Shown here: positions 20,583 to 30,744 of the stretch, in pieces | How positions within the stretch are numbered: position 1 is the stretch's first letter | Layout of the letters: each line of letters starts with the position of its first letter | From: a virus | Virus record (IMG/VR): IMGVR_UViG_3300046616_000188 | DNA: 64,000 bases | Direction: 5' to 3' (one strand) | The notes under the pieces: model-generated | Database searches by the model: none | What the model was told of the DNA's origin: nothing | Seen by the model: the letters and a program-made list of their open reading frames with translations, nothing else | Made by a program: the position numbers and the translations under genes

Positions 20583-20587
20583 TAGAA

Positions 20588-20839
20588 ATGCGCAGCGATT
20601 TATTTAAGCAATACATTATTGAAAATCTTGACGACATGGCGGAAGCCCTTGAAGCTTATGAAGTTGACGAATTTTATGTATCAATCGACCATGACAGGGA
20701 AGAGGGTTACAGGGCTTACTTTTTCCTAAACTCGGACGGCGAACAGCTTGCCGAGACAGAAGGTTGGGGCAAAGACAAGGCTCAACTAGTTAATGACATT
20801 ATTTCTGTATTCGGTGAAGACGTAGATATTGTGCTTTAA
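20588..20839 (+). CDS. hypothetical acidic protein
   Basis: 83-aa ORF following the primase gene. Confidence 0.5.
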   Translation: MRSDLFKQYIIENLDDMAEALEAYEVDEFYVSIDHDREEGYRAYFFLNSDGEQLAETEGWGKDKAQLVNDIISVFGEDVDIVL

Positions 20840-20851
20840 ATTTTGTACAAT

Positions 20852-20891
20852 GAAGATTCCACTTGACAAAAGTGGAATCTTCTGTTACAAG
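20852..20891 (+). promoter_or_regulatory. sigma70 promoter embedded in a perfect 13-bp inverted repeat
   Basis: Arms 20852-64 and 20870-82; TTGACA(20863-68)-N17-TACAAG with TGn; directly upstream of nadM-nadV. Confidence 0.65.
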
Positions 20892-20928
20892 ACACGTGTA
20901 AATGAAAGGGCAAGCGAAGGAGTTTCTA

Positions 20929-21993
20929 ATGCCGGATATTAAGTATGACTACGGCTGTTTTATTGGCCGATTTGCCCCTGTCCACGATGGCCATGTCAAA
21001 GTGATGATGGAGGCGTTAGAACAATGCGATTATCTTATCGTTGTTGTTGGTTCCGACAATTTGGCTCGGAACACTCGAACCCCCTTTACAGCCCCTGAAC
21101 GTCAGCAAATGATTCGTTTAGCCACGAATTATGATGATAGGATTCTGCTAACTAGTGTTGGTGATTATCCTTATAATGACAGTCTATGGCTCGCGGATGT
21201 TCAGGGCGCAGTTTATTCCACAATCACTGGTCATGAAGCTAACGCGAAATATACTGACAAGGGTTGGAAAGATTACAATCATTCCATTGCTCTTGCCGGA
21301 ATGTCGAAAGATGAGTCAAGTTTCTATTTGAAGCTTTTCCCGCAATTCGCATCTATCGCTGTCAGCCCCGCCGACTATGCCGGTGAAGTTCTGAGCGCAA
21401 CGGCGATTCGTGAGTTCCTGTTTAACGGAGATATTGCGAGTGCTGCTCATTTAAATCCTAGAGTCCAAGCCTTTATTCAAGGCAACATGACCGCAAATAT
21501 AACTGTTTGGGACGGACTACGTTCTGATTGGGCATATGAAAAGGGTTATGAGGCTCAATGGGGTCGTGGACCACATACCACGGTTGATTCTTGCGTAATT
21601 CAGGCTGGCCACGTGCTTCTGATCAAACGCGGAAACGAATACGGTAGAGATTTGTGGGCCATGCCGGGAGGTTTCGTGAATCGTGAAAGACTCGTTCACG
21701 CCGCAGTTAGAGAGTTGCGCGAAGAGACTAGGCTGAAAGTTCCTGAAAAGGTCCTGTTTGGCTCAGTGACAGCGACTAAGGTTTATGATAACCCTTACCG
21801 CAGCAACCGCAGCCACATCATTTCTCATTGCTTCAAATTTGAGTTAGAGAACGTTAAAGCTGGTTTGCCAGAAGTTAAAGGCTCTGACGACGCGAAGCAT
21901 GCGGAGTGGATTCCTATTTCAAAGATTAGCTCAATGAAAGGGCAATTCTTCGAAGATCATGAGCAAATTTTGCTTGATATAATACACGCATAA
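20929..21993 (+). CDS. nadM: bifunctional NMN adenylyltransferase / ADP-ribose pyrophosphatase (NadM-Nudix)
   Basis: GRFAPVHDGH, RTPFTAPER, LSATAIR; Nudix box GGFV...AAVRELREET; SDDA; FFEDH. Confidence 0.92.
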   Translation: MPDIKYDYGCFIGRFAPVHDGHVKVMMEALEQCDYLIVVVGSDNLARNTRTPFTAPERQQMIRLATNYDDRILLTSVGDYPYNDSLWLADVQGAVYSTITGHEANAKYTDKGWKDYNHSIALAGMSKDESSFYLKLFPQFASIAVSPADYAGEVLSATAIREFLFNGDIASAAHLNPRVQAFIQGNMTANITVWDGLRSDWAYEKGYEAQWGRGPHTTVDSCVIQAGHVLLIKRGNEYGRDLWAMPGGFVNRERLVHAAVRELREETRLKVPEKVLFGSVTATKVYDNPYRSNRSHIISHCFKFELENVKAGLPEVKGSDDAKHAEWIPISKISSMKGQFFEDHEQILLDIIHA

Positions 21994-22011
21994 AGAGAAG
22001 GAGTTTCGAAT

Positions 22012-23433
22012 ATGCTACTTAGAAATATTATTACTTCCAGTGACGCTTACAAGTTCAGCCATCCCTTTGTTGTTCGAAATGACATTGATCGGGCCACGTC
22101 TTATATCGAGGCGAGAAAGACGGCTTACACCGACGAAATCGTTTTCTTTGGCCTACAGGCTTACATCAAGGAATATCTGGCGAAGCAGCTAACTATGGCT
22201 GACATTGACACGGCGGAACGTTATGCCAAGTCGGCTATGATTCCATTCGCTAGGGCTGTGTGGGAGCGTGTTGTCAATGAGTTTGACGGCTACGTTCCTG
22301 TGGCTATTGAAGCTCTTGCTGAAGGCACTGTGGTTCGTCCCGGCGTTGTCGTGGTCCAAGTCACTTCCTATAAGATGCCAGAAATTGTGGCAGATATTGA
22401 GACTTCTCTTTTACGTGGCATTTGGTATCCGTCTACCGTTGCAACACTTAGCCGTGCGATCAAGAAGAATATTGCTAATGCGTATAACGTAACGTCTGAT
22501 CTTGACATTACAGCGCCGATGACTTTGGCCTGTGCTCTCAATGATTTCGGCGCACGTGGTTGCAGCAGTGGTGAAACCGCTGCGCTAGGTGGTTTGGCCC
22601 ACGCAGTTAATTTCCTTGGTTCTGACACGATTGAAGCCATTGAAGCTGCGGTCACATATTACAATCACGATCTTGACACTGATGGTCCTGTCGTTATTTC
22701 TGTCCCAGCCACGGAACACAGCGTAACCACTATGAATGGTGAAGATGGCGAGTGCGACTTTGTCGGCAAAGTAATTGACACATTCACTGAGATGGGCTTC
22801 CCCATTGTCTCCATCGTCGCAGATAGTTATGATCTTGACCGTTTCGTCACTGAATATGTCGGTACGACGCATAAGGAAAAGATTGAGGCTCGCGACGGCT
22901 GGATCGTGGTTCGCCCCGATAGCGGTACGCCGCATTTTATTGTTCCTCATGTTCTGAAGCTTCTCGACGCCAAGTTTGGCAGCACGATAAATTCTAAGGG
23001 TTTTAAAGTTTTAAATCCAAAAGTTCGTGTTATTCAAGGCGATGGTGTAAACCTAGAGTCGATAAACAACATCCTTTCAGCCGTCAAGTGGTCTGGCTTC
23101 TCAGTCGAGAACGTCGTGTTCGGCATGGGAGGACAACTTTTACAGGCACCCATGAGAGATGATTTTAGTTGGGCCATGAAGACTAACGAAATCGTTGTTG
23201 ACGGTGAATATATCGATGTTCAGAAGAAGCCTAAGACTGACCTGAAGAAGTCGAGCAAGGGTGGCAGGCAAGCCGTGGTTTATAATGGCGAACACTTTGC
23301 CTCTGTCAAACTTCGTGACCTACTCAGCGCGAGCCACGGCACAAAGAACTATCTTGAATGGGTTTGGGACACAGGTAAATTCCTTAAACCAGAGATAACG
23401 TTCAAGGAAATTCGAGCCAACGCTTCGATCTAA
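22012..23433 (+). CDS. nadV: nicotinamide phosphoribosyltransferase (NAMPT)
   Basis: SDAYKFSH, DFGARG, PATEHS, VADSYD, VRPDSG, IQGDG, FGMGG. Confidence 0.93.
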   Translation: MLLRNIITSSDAYKFSHPFVVRNDIDRATSYIEARKTAYTDEIVFFGLQAYIKEYLAKQLTMADIDTAERYAKSAMIPFARAVWERVVNEFDGYVPVAIEALAEGTVVRPGVVVVQVTSYKMPEIVADIETSLLRGIWYPSTVATLSRAIKKNIANAYNVTSDLDITAPMTLACALNDFGARGCSSGETAALGGLAHAVNFLGSDTIEAIEAAVTYYNHDLDTDGPVVISVPATEHSVTTMNGEDGECDFVGKVIDTFTEMGFPIVSIVADSYDLDRFVTEYVGTTHKEKIEARDGWIVVRPDSGTPHFIVPHVLKLLDAKFGSTINSKGFKVLNPKVRVIQGDGVNLESINNILSAVKWSGFSVENVVFGMGGQLLQAPMRDDFSWAMKTNEIVVDGEYIDVQKKPKTDLKKSSKGGRQAVVYNGEHFASVKLRDLLSASHGTKNYLEWVWDTGKFLKPEITFKEIRANASI

Positions 23434-23437
23434 AACT

Positions 23438-23459
23438 AGCCCGCTTCGGCGGGCTTTTT
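23438..23459 (+). terminator. rho-independent terminator (UUCG loop)
   Basis: AGCCCGC-TTCG-GCGGGCT-TTTT. Confidence 0.85.
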
Positions 23460-23478
23460 ATTGTCCTCATATCAAGTC

Positions 23479-23506
23479 AAAAGAAAAGGCCCGCTAACGC
23501 GGGCCT
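23479..23506 (-). terminator. rho-independent terminator of the convergent minus-strand unit
   Basis: AGGCCCGC-TAAC-GCGGGCCT preceded by an A tract. Confidence 0.75.
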
Positions 23507-23790
23507 ATACTGTTACAATGATTTAAGCGGCTCTTACCACTCTTCATTTGTCTCTCTGTCACGCCGTGCCATCCAGTCATAATTCTCATCGTCTTCTGGA
23601 TTATTCAACTCCTGCATAATCTCGGCATATTCGTCAAGAATGTCAGATTCACGCTTCGTTACTGGATTAGCCATTTACTTCGTTCTCCTTGATTAAGTCT
23701 TTCAGTTCTTTTTGGTAAACTTCGTTGCCAGTCGTGTCATACATGTGGCAAAGAAAATCTATAATACTTTCAAGTTGGTCTTTTTCTGCG

Positions 23791-24180
23791 TTATCCATAA
23801 ACTTCTACTAGGTTCCTGATTGCTGTTTTGATGTAGTTGTCGATCTTTGGGGCACGTTCCGGTAATTCGGAGAGGCCAGTGCCGAGGCCGTCGAGAGGGA
23901 TGATCAGTATGCCGTCAAGCGCGAGATGCTTGTAGACCGGCTCCATATCGACAAGATAATGATCTTCAAACAGGTCGAAATCATCATCGCAGAAATAGCT
24001 GTTTTCGTATTGAGATGGGAGTTTCTTTGTCGCGATGCCAACGGCGTTTGGTTCGCCGCGCATTTCTTTGGCCTGCCCGCCTAAGCCTTGGCGCTTCAGG
24101 TTATCTCCGAAGAGATATAAGATGTGAGGATTGGCTTGTAGATCGACGCGGTAAATAAATTTCTGGTATATTACAGGCAT
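23791..24180 (-). CDS. macro-fold-like phage protein
   Basis: YLFGDN..RQGLGGQA and IIPLDGLGTGL glycine loops resemble the Macro ADP-ribose pocket. Confidence 0.5.
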   Translation of the reverse strand: MPVIYQKFIYRVDLQANPHILYLFGDNLKRQGLGGQAKEMRGEPNAVGIATKKLPSQYENSYFCDDDFDLFEDHYLVDMEPVYKHLALDGILIIPLDGLGTGLSELPERAPKIDNYIKTAIRNLVEVYG

Positions 24181-24522
24181 TTAGACATTTCTCTCATCAT
24201 TGTTTCGGCCAAACCATCCAGTTGAACTTTACTGAGGTTCTTTTTCTGATCCGCCGCGAAGTGTTTACAGACGGTTTGAATGTCCAATTTAAAAATGTCG
24301 TCCTTACTTTTCTGTGTCAGCATTATTATCCTCTAATCGTTTAAAGCCATGAACGGCACAATCTTTGTGATACCGTGCCACTATCTTACCGTCTGGTCTA
24401 ATGAAGTCAATAGCCTCAGTCGCTTTAATGTTGCTTTGAATAGGGTCACAGGTGCAAATTTTTTCTTCAGTCATTATGTTCTTTTTCTTATCACACTTTC
24501 TCGAATTAATTCGAAAAAGGTG

Positions 24523-24551
24523 TTGACAAAGTGATTATGACGTGATATTTA
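24523..24551 (+). promoter_or_regulatory. sigma70-type promoter of the rIIA operon
   Basis: TTGACA-N17-TATTTA with TGn, at a strand switch. Confidence 0.6.
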
Positions 24552-24819
24552 GCACACTTATTAACGAAAGTCAAGAGTTAAGTGATTATAATTTATAATA
24601 ATTTTGAGTGGGCCTATTTCCAAGAGCAGTTCGATTACTACATTGTCTCAGGTTACGTCATGACTTGTCCCTGCCCCGTCACTGGCGATCCAATTGTCCA
24701 CGACGTTAAAATTGAAGAGATTTGGGACGTGGAACAAAATAAGAACTTGACAAATGTGATTGGGCATGATTGGATAGCCTCGAATTTAGATAATCGCATA
24801 TATTAATTAGGTATTTTTA

Positions 24820-26943
24820 ATGAAATCAAATAACGCATTAGCTTCTGATGTGACGGTACACGGCGCTCAGGAATCGGGCAATTTTACCATTGACGCAAAT
24901 GGTAAAGCTTTTAAAATTCTAATCGACGGACTATATTCGAACAAAATCCAAGCCATTGTCAGAGAGCTTTCATCGAACGCTTACGACGCGCAGATAGCAG
25001 CCGGTCGTAGTGATTTTGCCTTCGATATTCAACTCCCCAATCTCCTTGATCCGATCTTCTCAGTCAGAGACTATGGAACTTCTTTGATCCACGAAGATAT
25101 TATGGGCCTATATACCACGGTCTTCAGGAGCACTAAGGAGAACACGAATCTAGCCATCGGCAAGTTCGGCCTAGGTTCTAAAACGCCTTTCGCCTATACC
25201 GATAGCTTCACCGTAACCGCGTTTCTACGCGGCACGAAGCGTATCTATGGCGCTTACATCAATCCTAACGGCATTCCTCAAATCTCTCTCATGATGTCGG
25301 AAGACACGGACGAGCTAGACGGCTTGATGGTTTCGTTCCCCGTCAATTCAAAGGACTGCGAACGCTTCAGGTCTGAGACGGAAAAGGTCTTGGAAGGTTT
25401 TGACGTTATGCCGAACGTCAGAGGCGGCGAAGTCACGGTAGAAAAATATGCAATTGTCCATACCGGTTCTAATTTTAAAATTCTCACCAATGGTGGGGCA
25501 AGAGCTAAACAAGGCTGTGTGATTTACCCCCTTGATAAGGGTGCGTTAGGCTCCCTGACCAAGGCCCAACTGGATATTTTAAATTCGAACATCTTGATCG
25601 ATTTCCCGGTGGGGCAATTGGACATTACTCCGAGCCGTGAATCACTGAGCTACGATGACAATACTATTAAAAATATTATTGACATGGTCGATAAGATTCA
25701 CGAAGAACTTGTCCGAGACATTGCAGCCTTGTTCGCCAAGGTTAGAACGATGCACGAGGCGCGCTGTTTCGTTGCTCTGCATAAAACTTCTCCTATTAAA
25801 GCAATCAGTAACTATGCCGCTCACCTTAGATTTAATAATAAACCAGTCTATCCCGCGACATCTATGGCAAGGGATAAATTACGCCAAGTCTACGGTGTCG
25901 GTATTACTCAGATCAGTGATCATAACATTAGACATGAAAAGCCTATCAGGTTCAATGATAAAGAGTACGCCACGAAGTGGGAAGTAGACGAAGACACGAT
26001 GTTCTTGGTCGAGGATTACACCAAGGACAAACACGTCAAATTAATTAAAGCTAGAATTCACAATAATTTAGGGCGTCACAAGAATATTGTTTGGGTAAGA
26101 GATTACGAACGTGATCCGAAAAAATGGAGAAGCTTTCTCAGACTACTCGGATTCCCGCCGAAGTTCTATAAGCTGGAAGATTTCGTCCTGCCAGAACGGG
26201 AAAAACTGGATCGTGCCACTTTCGCGCCAAGAATAAAGAAGAACGAAGTCAGGATTATTCGATTTGATCGATACGAAGATGTGGTTGATTTAAATACATT
26301 ACCTAGTAATACTCGCTACGTCATCTCACATAACGGCACGCTATGGGTAGACGAGAATTATGATAATTATGTCTACGAGCAGACCGTTAGGAACCTATTC
26401 GAAGACACTTCAAATATCTTAGTGGTGAAACAGAAGTCACTCAATAAAGTTAAGGCGGCGGGCGTGACTAACGCATTGACGGAACGCCGAGACGACTTAG
26501 CCAGAGATTTAGATTTCGAATCATTCGTTGCAAAAAGCAATTTGGAGAAATATTTAAACCACTGGATCAAAGATTATGCCAGTGAGTTAAGTACATTAGA
26601 ATACGAAAGTGACACTTCGTTTAAAAAAGTCCTTGACTTTATGCGAAAATATGTTAAGACGGAAAGCACTGAACAAAGTGAGAACGCAGCCAACATTATG
26701 TTGTGGCAAAAACTTGTTACGTCAACCGTCTTCTATGCGAAGCAAAACGAATTCACAATTCCTAAACCGGAAGACGATGAAACCCTTAGTTATTGGGTCG
26801 GTAAGATCGTAGAAGAATATCCCTTGACAAAGAAATATATCGGTAAGCATTGGGACGACGGCACTTTCTCATCCGATCTGGAACATATTTTTAATTATAT
26901 TAAAATGGTAGATAAGTTCAATGCCGAAAATTGTGTATCATGA
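24820..26943 (+). CDS. rIIA: rIIA-like protein (GHKL ATPase N-terminus)
   Basis: LYSNKIQAIVRELSSNAYDA, VRDYGTSL, GKFGLGSKTPFAY, ITPSRESLSYD. Confidence 0.88.
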   Translation: MKSNNALASDVTVHGAQESGNFTIDANGKAFKILIDGLYSNKIQAIVRELSSNAYDAQIAAGRSDFAFDIQLPNLLDPIFSVRDYGTSLIHEDIMGLYTTVFRSTKENTNLAIGKFGLGSKTPFAYTDSFTVTAFLRGTKRIYGAYINPNGIPQISLMMSEDTDELDGLMVSFPVNSKDCERFRSETEKVLEGFDVMPNVRGGEVTVEKYAIVHTGSNFKILTNGGARAKQGCVIYPLDKGALGSLTKAQLDILNSNILIDFPVGQLDITPSRESLSYDDNTIKNIIDMVDKIHEELVRDIAALFAKVRTMHEARCFVALHKTSPIKAISNYAAHLRFNNKPVYPATSMARDKLRQVYGVGITQISDHNIRHEKPIRFNDKEYATKWEVDEDTMFLVEDYTKDKHVKLIKARIHNNLGRHKNIVWVRDYERDPKKWRSFLRLLGFPPKFYKLEDFVLPEREKLDRATFAPRIKKNEVRIIRFDRYEDVVDLNTLPSNTRYVISHNGTLWVDENYDNYVYEQTVRNLFEDTSNILVVKQKSLNKVKAAGVTNALTERRDDLARDLDFESFVAKSNLEKYLNHWIKDYASELSTLEYESDTSFKKVLDFMRKYVKTESTEQSENAANIMLWQKLVTSTVFYAKQNEFTIPKPEDDETLSYWVGKIVEEYPLTKKYIGKHWDDGTFSSDLEHIFNYIKMVDKFNAENCVS

Positions 26944-27250
26944 TACTTGGGGATCGTTCTGGATTCCCGAAGAAATTTTCAGACGTTATTGTGAATTAAA
27001 AAATTTGGAATTTGAAGTAAAGCAAGGCCCTTGCGGCAGGGAATTATACATAAACGGCGAATGGCAGGATGAGGATGATGACCCGATTGAGCGAAGCGAT
27101 TGGGCCTATGTCCAAGCCGTGGAAGAATTTCCCGATTATGGTCTAGCTGTGACTGATGAAATCCCAAGTGGTACTAGATACAGAATTGAACATTACGACG
27201 GTAAAGAAACCGTTATCACTTTAGACGAAATTAATTGGAGAATTGCATAA
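26921..27250 (+). CDS. hypothetical protein between rIIA and rIIB
   Basis: 109-aa ORF overlapping both neighbours. Confidence 0.6.
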   Translation: MPKIVYHDTWGSFWIPEEIFRRYCELKNLEFEVKQGPCGRELYINGEWQDEDDDPIERSDWAYVQAVEEFPDYGLAVTDEIPSGTRYRIEHYDGKETVITLDEINWRIA

Positions 27251-28221
27251 TGGAAAATATCGGTTTTATTCTAACCGGCAATGGTGTCACACTATTTTTT
27301 GATGGAAAGTCGGTCCCGGTAGACAAGACTCATCTCTATTTCAATGAGATTGTCGAAGAATTGAAGAAGGGTTACGACAACTTTGACGTGGCTCGGATCA
27401 AGGAGCTTTCAAACATTCCTGAAGCTATTAAGGGCAAGCTGTATGGCGATGTCACTGTTGCTGATGGTCTGATTTATTATAAGAATAAGCTGGTCCACAA
27501 CACCCTGACGAACAAGATGATCGAAGTGATGAAGGAAGGTTGGGACATTGCTATCTGGGCCAACTTCCTGAATAACGTGATGAAAAACCCTTCACAAACT
27601 GCGATTGACGAACTATATCTGTTCCTTGAAGCGTCACAGATGCCGATCACGCCAGATGGTTATTTTCTAGCATTCAAGAAGGTAAAAAATGACTATACCA
27701 GTATTTACGACGGCAAGACAGATAACAGTATTGGCTCAAAGCCTTCTATGCCTCGTGAGAAAGTGGACCCCAATCGCAATTCTACTTGCAGCCGTGGTCT
27801 TCATTTCTGTGCTCATAGTTACCTGACCCATTTCGGACATTCTTCAGATTCCCGCGTCGTGATTGTTAAAATCAATCCAGCCGATGTTGTCGCGATCCCC
27901 TCTGATTACTCTAATGCTAAAGGCAGGGCTTGGACCTACGAAGTCGTTGGCGAAATTGCTAATCCCGGCGATGGCGAGCGTGAAAAGCGTTTCGATAAGG
28001 TCGTGGATGATAGCTGGGACGCTCCTGAAGTCGAAGAAAACGTCGTAGAAGAACAAGGTGAACTTCTCTTCGGTGACATTTACACCGCGAAGGAAATTCT
28101 TGACAAAGTGAATGAAGTAGGTTCTATCAGAGCCGCTGGACGCGCCCTTGGCATTGCTAAATCGACGTTCGGTGATTGGGTCAAGAAGGCAAAGGAGTTG
28201 GTTGATGAAGATGAAGACTAA
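27250..28221 (+). CDS. rIIB: rIIB-like protein with C-terminal HTH
   Basis: ELYLFLE..MPITPDGYFLAFKKV, CSRGLHFC, INPADVVAIPSDY..AKGR..YEVV. Confidence 0.88.
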   Translation: MENIGFILTGNGVTLFFDGKSVPVDKTHLYFNEIVEELKKGYDNFDVARIKELSNIPEAIKGKLYGDVTVADGLIYYKNKLVHNTLTNKMIEVMKEGWDIAIWANFLNNVMKNPSQTAIDELYLFLEASQMPITPDGYFLAFKKVKNDYTSIYDGKTDNSIGSKPSMPREKVDPNRNSTCSRGLHFCAHSYLTHFGHSSDSRVVIVKINPADVVAIPSDYSNAKGRAWTYEVVGEIANPGDGEREKRFDKVVDDSWDAPEVEENVVEEQGELLFGDIYTAKEILDKVNEVGSIRAAGRALGIAKSTFGDWVKKAKELVDEDED

Positions 28222-28549
28222 GATTATTCTAGGTGTGGCGGCTGTCATGGCCGTCACCTATGGCATTCGTTACACCTTTGTCGCAGCGACAACTGAAACT
28301 GTTACGGAGCGTTTTATTCGAGACAGTGAACGTGTCTGTGCTCAGAATAATGAGTGTAAATATCTCGCCTTTGGCGAAACTGAAACTTTCGAAAACACAG
28401 ATACTTGGGCCTTTCTCAAGTTTAATAGCTCAGATGTGAATCGCTCTCTGGTAAAAGATAATGTATGCCGGATGCAGGTTTACGGAATTCGTTGGGGCTT
28501 CATGTCTTGGTATCGCAACATTGTAAAGGTTTACGAGTGCAAACCATAA
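28211..28549 (+). CDS. membrane-anchored or secreted protein
   Basis: N-terminal hydrophobic signal; four Cys. Confidence 0.5.
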   Translation: MKTKIILGVAAVMAVTYGIRYTFVAATTETVTERFIRDSERVCAQNNECKYLAFGETETFENTDTWAFLKFNSSDVNRSLVKDNVCRMQVYGIRWGFMSWYRNIVKVYECKP

Positions 28550-29682
28550 TTTATAAAACTTTATTTCACCTAGACAATAATGACAATATTCGCGAATGGT
28601 TCATGGAGCAAGACGGCTCAAGGTATCGAACCAATTCAGGCATTAGAGGTGGCAAGATCGTCACTTCTGATTGGAAGCAAGCCAGCGCGAAGAACGTGGG
28701 CAAAACAAACGCTACGACGGATGAAGCTCAAGCCACGGCAGAAATCGAAGCTATCTATCAGAAAAAGTTGGACCGCAAATACAGCTTAACCGCTGATACG
28801 GCGCAGCGTTCCAACTTCCTTCAGCCAATGCTTGCCGCGACTTATGATGAGGCGAAGACGCTTAAGAAGAAAAAGCGTTGGTACTCTCAGCCAAAACTCG
28901 ACGGACTACGTTGTGTCATGGATGATTCCGGTGGCACATCTAGGGCCGGAAAGCCTTTCCACACCGTGGCACATCTTGTTGACGAGCTTGAAACAGCGTC
29001 AGAAAAATACAACGTCACATTTGACGGTGAGCTATATAATCACGGACTGAAACATGATTTCGAAAAGATTGTTTCACTCGTTAAAAAGCAAAAACTCTCC
29101 AGTCTCACCGAAGAAGAATTAGTCGAAATCGCGGCCAAGGTCGAATTTCATATCTATGACGTAATTTTTTGGGACGATCTTGAGCGACGTTACGAAGATC
29201 GTCTCAGTTTCCTCACAGAAATCTTTGACGAAGACTTCGCTGACGTTGTAATGCTTAAGTTTGTTCCGGCCAAGCTTCATGACAATTTGACGCATGAAGA
29301 AGCGGTGGCGGAACACGACTATTGGTTCGAGCGGGGCTATGAAGGCTTAATGCTTAGAGATGCAGATGCCCCGTATGAGAATAAGCGTTCCAAAGGCCTT
29401 GTAAAATTTAAAGATTTCGATGAAGCAGAATTTAAGATTGTAGGCTTTGTCGAAGGCCAAGGAAATTGGGCCGGTGCGTTGAAAGCAGTTGAGGTTGAAG
29501 TTCCAAGCGGCACTTCTGAAGCTGGCGTGGCTGGGCCTTACGAACTTAACGCTCAGCGATTGATAGAGGCTGAAGAGTACCTTGGCGGCGATGCGACGAT
29601 TAAGCACAAGGGCTGGACCAAAGACGGAAAGCTCCGTCACGGCGTGGCAAAGGCGCTGCACAAAGGTAAGAGAGATTATTAA
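28537..29682 (+). CDS. lig: ATP-dependent DNA ligase
   Basis: QPMLA, QPKLDGLRC (KxDG), DGELY, YEGLMLR, YENKRSKGLVKFK; GTG start assumed. Confidence 0.9.
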   Translation: MQTIIYKTLFHLDNNDNIREWFMEQDGSRYRTNSGIRGGKIVTSDWKQASAKNVGKTNATTDEAQATAEIEAIYQKKLDRKYSLTADTAQRSNFLQPMLAATYDEAKTLKKKKRWYSQPKLDGLRCVMDDSGGTSRAGKPFHTVAHLVDELETASEKYNVTFDGELYNHGLKHDFEKIVSLVKKQKLSSLTEEELVEIAAKVEFHIYDVIFWDDLERRYEDRLSFLTEIFDEDFADVVMLKFVPAKLHDNLTHEEAVAEHDYWFERGYEGLMLRDADAPYENKRSKGLVKFKDFDEAEFKIVGFVEGQGNWAGALKAVEVEVPSGTSEAGVAGPYELNAQRLIEAEEYLGGDATIKHKGWTKDGKLRHGVAKALHKGKRDY

Positions 29683-30206
29683 AATGAATAATATTTATGC
29701 ATTTACACCAGCTGGCATCTATCCAGAATTCATTTCCGTCAACGTTGAGGATGACTTAGTAAGTTTCACGGTTCGTAGCCCTCCTAAACGCTTTGCGTTG
29801 GGCTTGGATATTGGCGAAATTGCTGCGATCCGTCTCAGCCGTGACGAAGCCAGACAGATGGCGGAAAATATTTTAAAGGCTCTATGATGTATCGCGAACC
29901 AGAAATTAAAATCCCTCAATATCAGTGGGACAGAATTAACCGACGACTCGCAAAGCTTCAAGCGCTTGAAGATCACGGTGTTCAGTATTGGGCCATGCAT
30001 GACACTGCATTGAGAGAGTGGCAAAAGAAAGTAGACATCGAAGATTCGGTGCAAGAAATGATTGACGATATCAATGATATTCTCACTGAAGCAGATATTG
30101 ACCAACCAGCTGGTCCCGGCTGCGGCTACGCAATTTCATTTGATGAAAAAGAAATGGCAAAGCGGCTAGAGGAATTTTACGAGCGCCATAACAAGTTGAG
30201 ATTACT

Positions 30207-30695
30207 ATGACAATTCAATATTATGCCGGAATAGGCTCGCGTCAAACACCCGACGAAGTAATGGCTGAGATGAGGATGATTGCCGCTATCTTGAGAGAGA
30301 ATGGTTACGTCCTTAATTCAGGTGGCGCGGATGGGGCAGATACCGCGTTTGAAGAAGGTGCTGGTGATTTGAAACAAATTTTCCTGCCATGGGAAGGCTT
30401 TAACGGTAGGACAGATGGAATTATTGCCGGTGGCAAGACAGCGGCGAAGAAAATCGCTATGAGGGTGCATCCTTATTGGGACAACCTGACACAGGGTGGC
30501 AAGAAGCTCCATACCAGAAATGCTTGTCAAGTTCTAGGCGCTGATCTAAAGACACATGTTGATTTTGTTATATGCTGGACCCCCGATGGCAAGCCTAGCG
30601 GCGGAACCAGAACAGCGATCATCATTGCGGAACAGAATGGAATTCCGGTTTATAATTTAAAGAGCGCGAAATTCCCTATTGACAATTTCCTGTGA
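30207..30695 (+). CDS. SLOG superfamily (DprA/YspA-like) protein
   Basis: YAGIGSR, SGGADGAD, RNACQVLG, GGTRTA. Confidence 0.75.
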   Translation: MTIQYYAGIGSRQTPDEVMAEMRMIAAILRENGYVLNSGGADGADTAFEEGAGDLKQIFLPWEGFNGRTDGIIAGGKTAAKKIAMRVHPYWDNLTQGGKKLHTRNACQVLGADLKTHVDFVICWTPDGKPSGGTRTAIIIAEQNGIPVYNLKSAKFPIDNFL

Positions 30696-30706
30696 CGTGG
30701 TAACTT
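30679..30706 (+). promoter_or_regulatory. sigma70-type promoter
   Basis: TTGACA-N16-TAACTT with TGn; AAGGAG RBS downstream. Confidence 0.45.
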
Positions 30707-30744
30707 TTCCTTACATTCACAAAACGAACTAAGGAGATTTTGTC

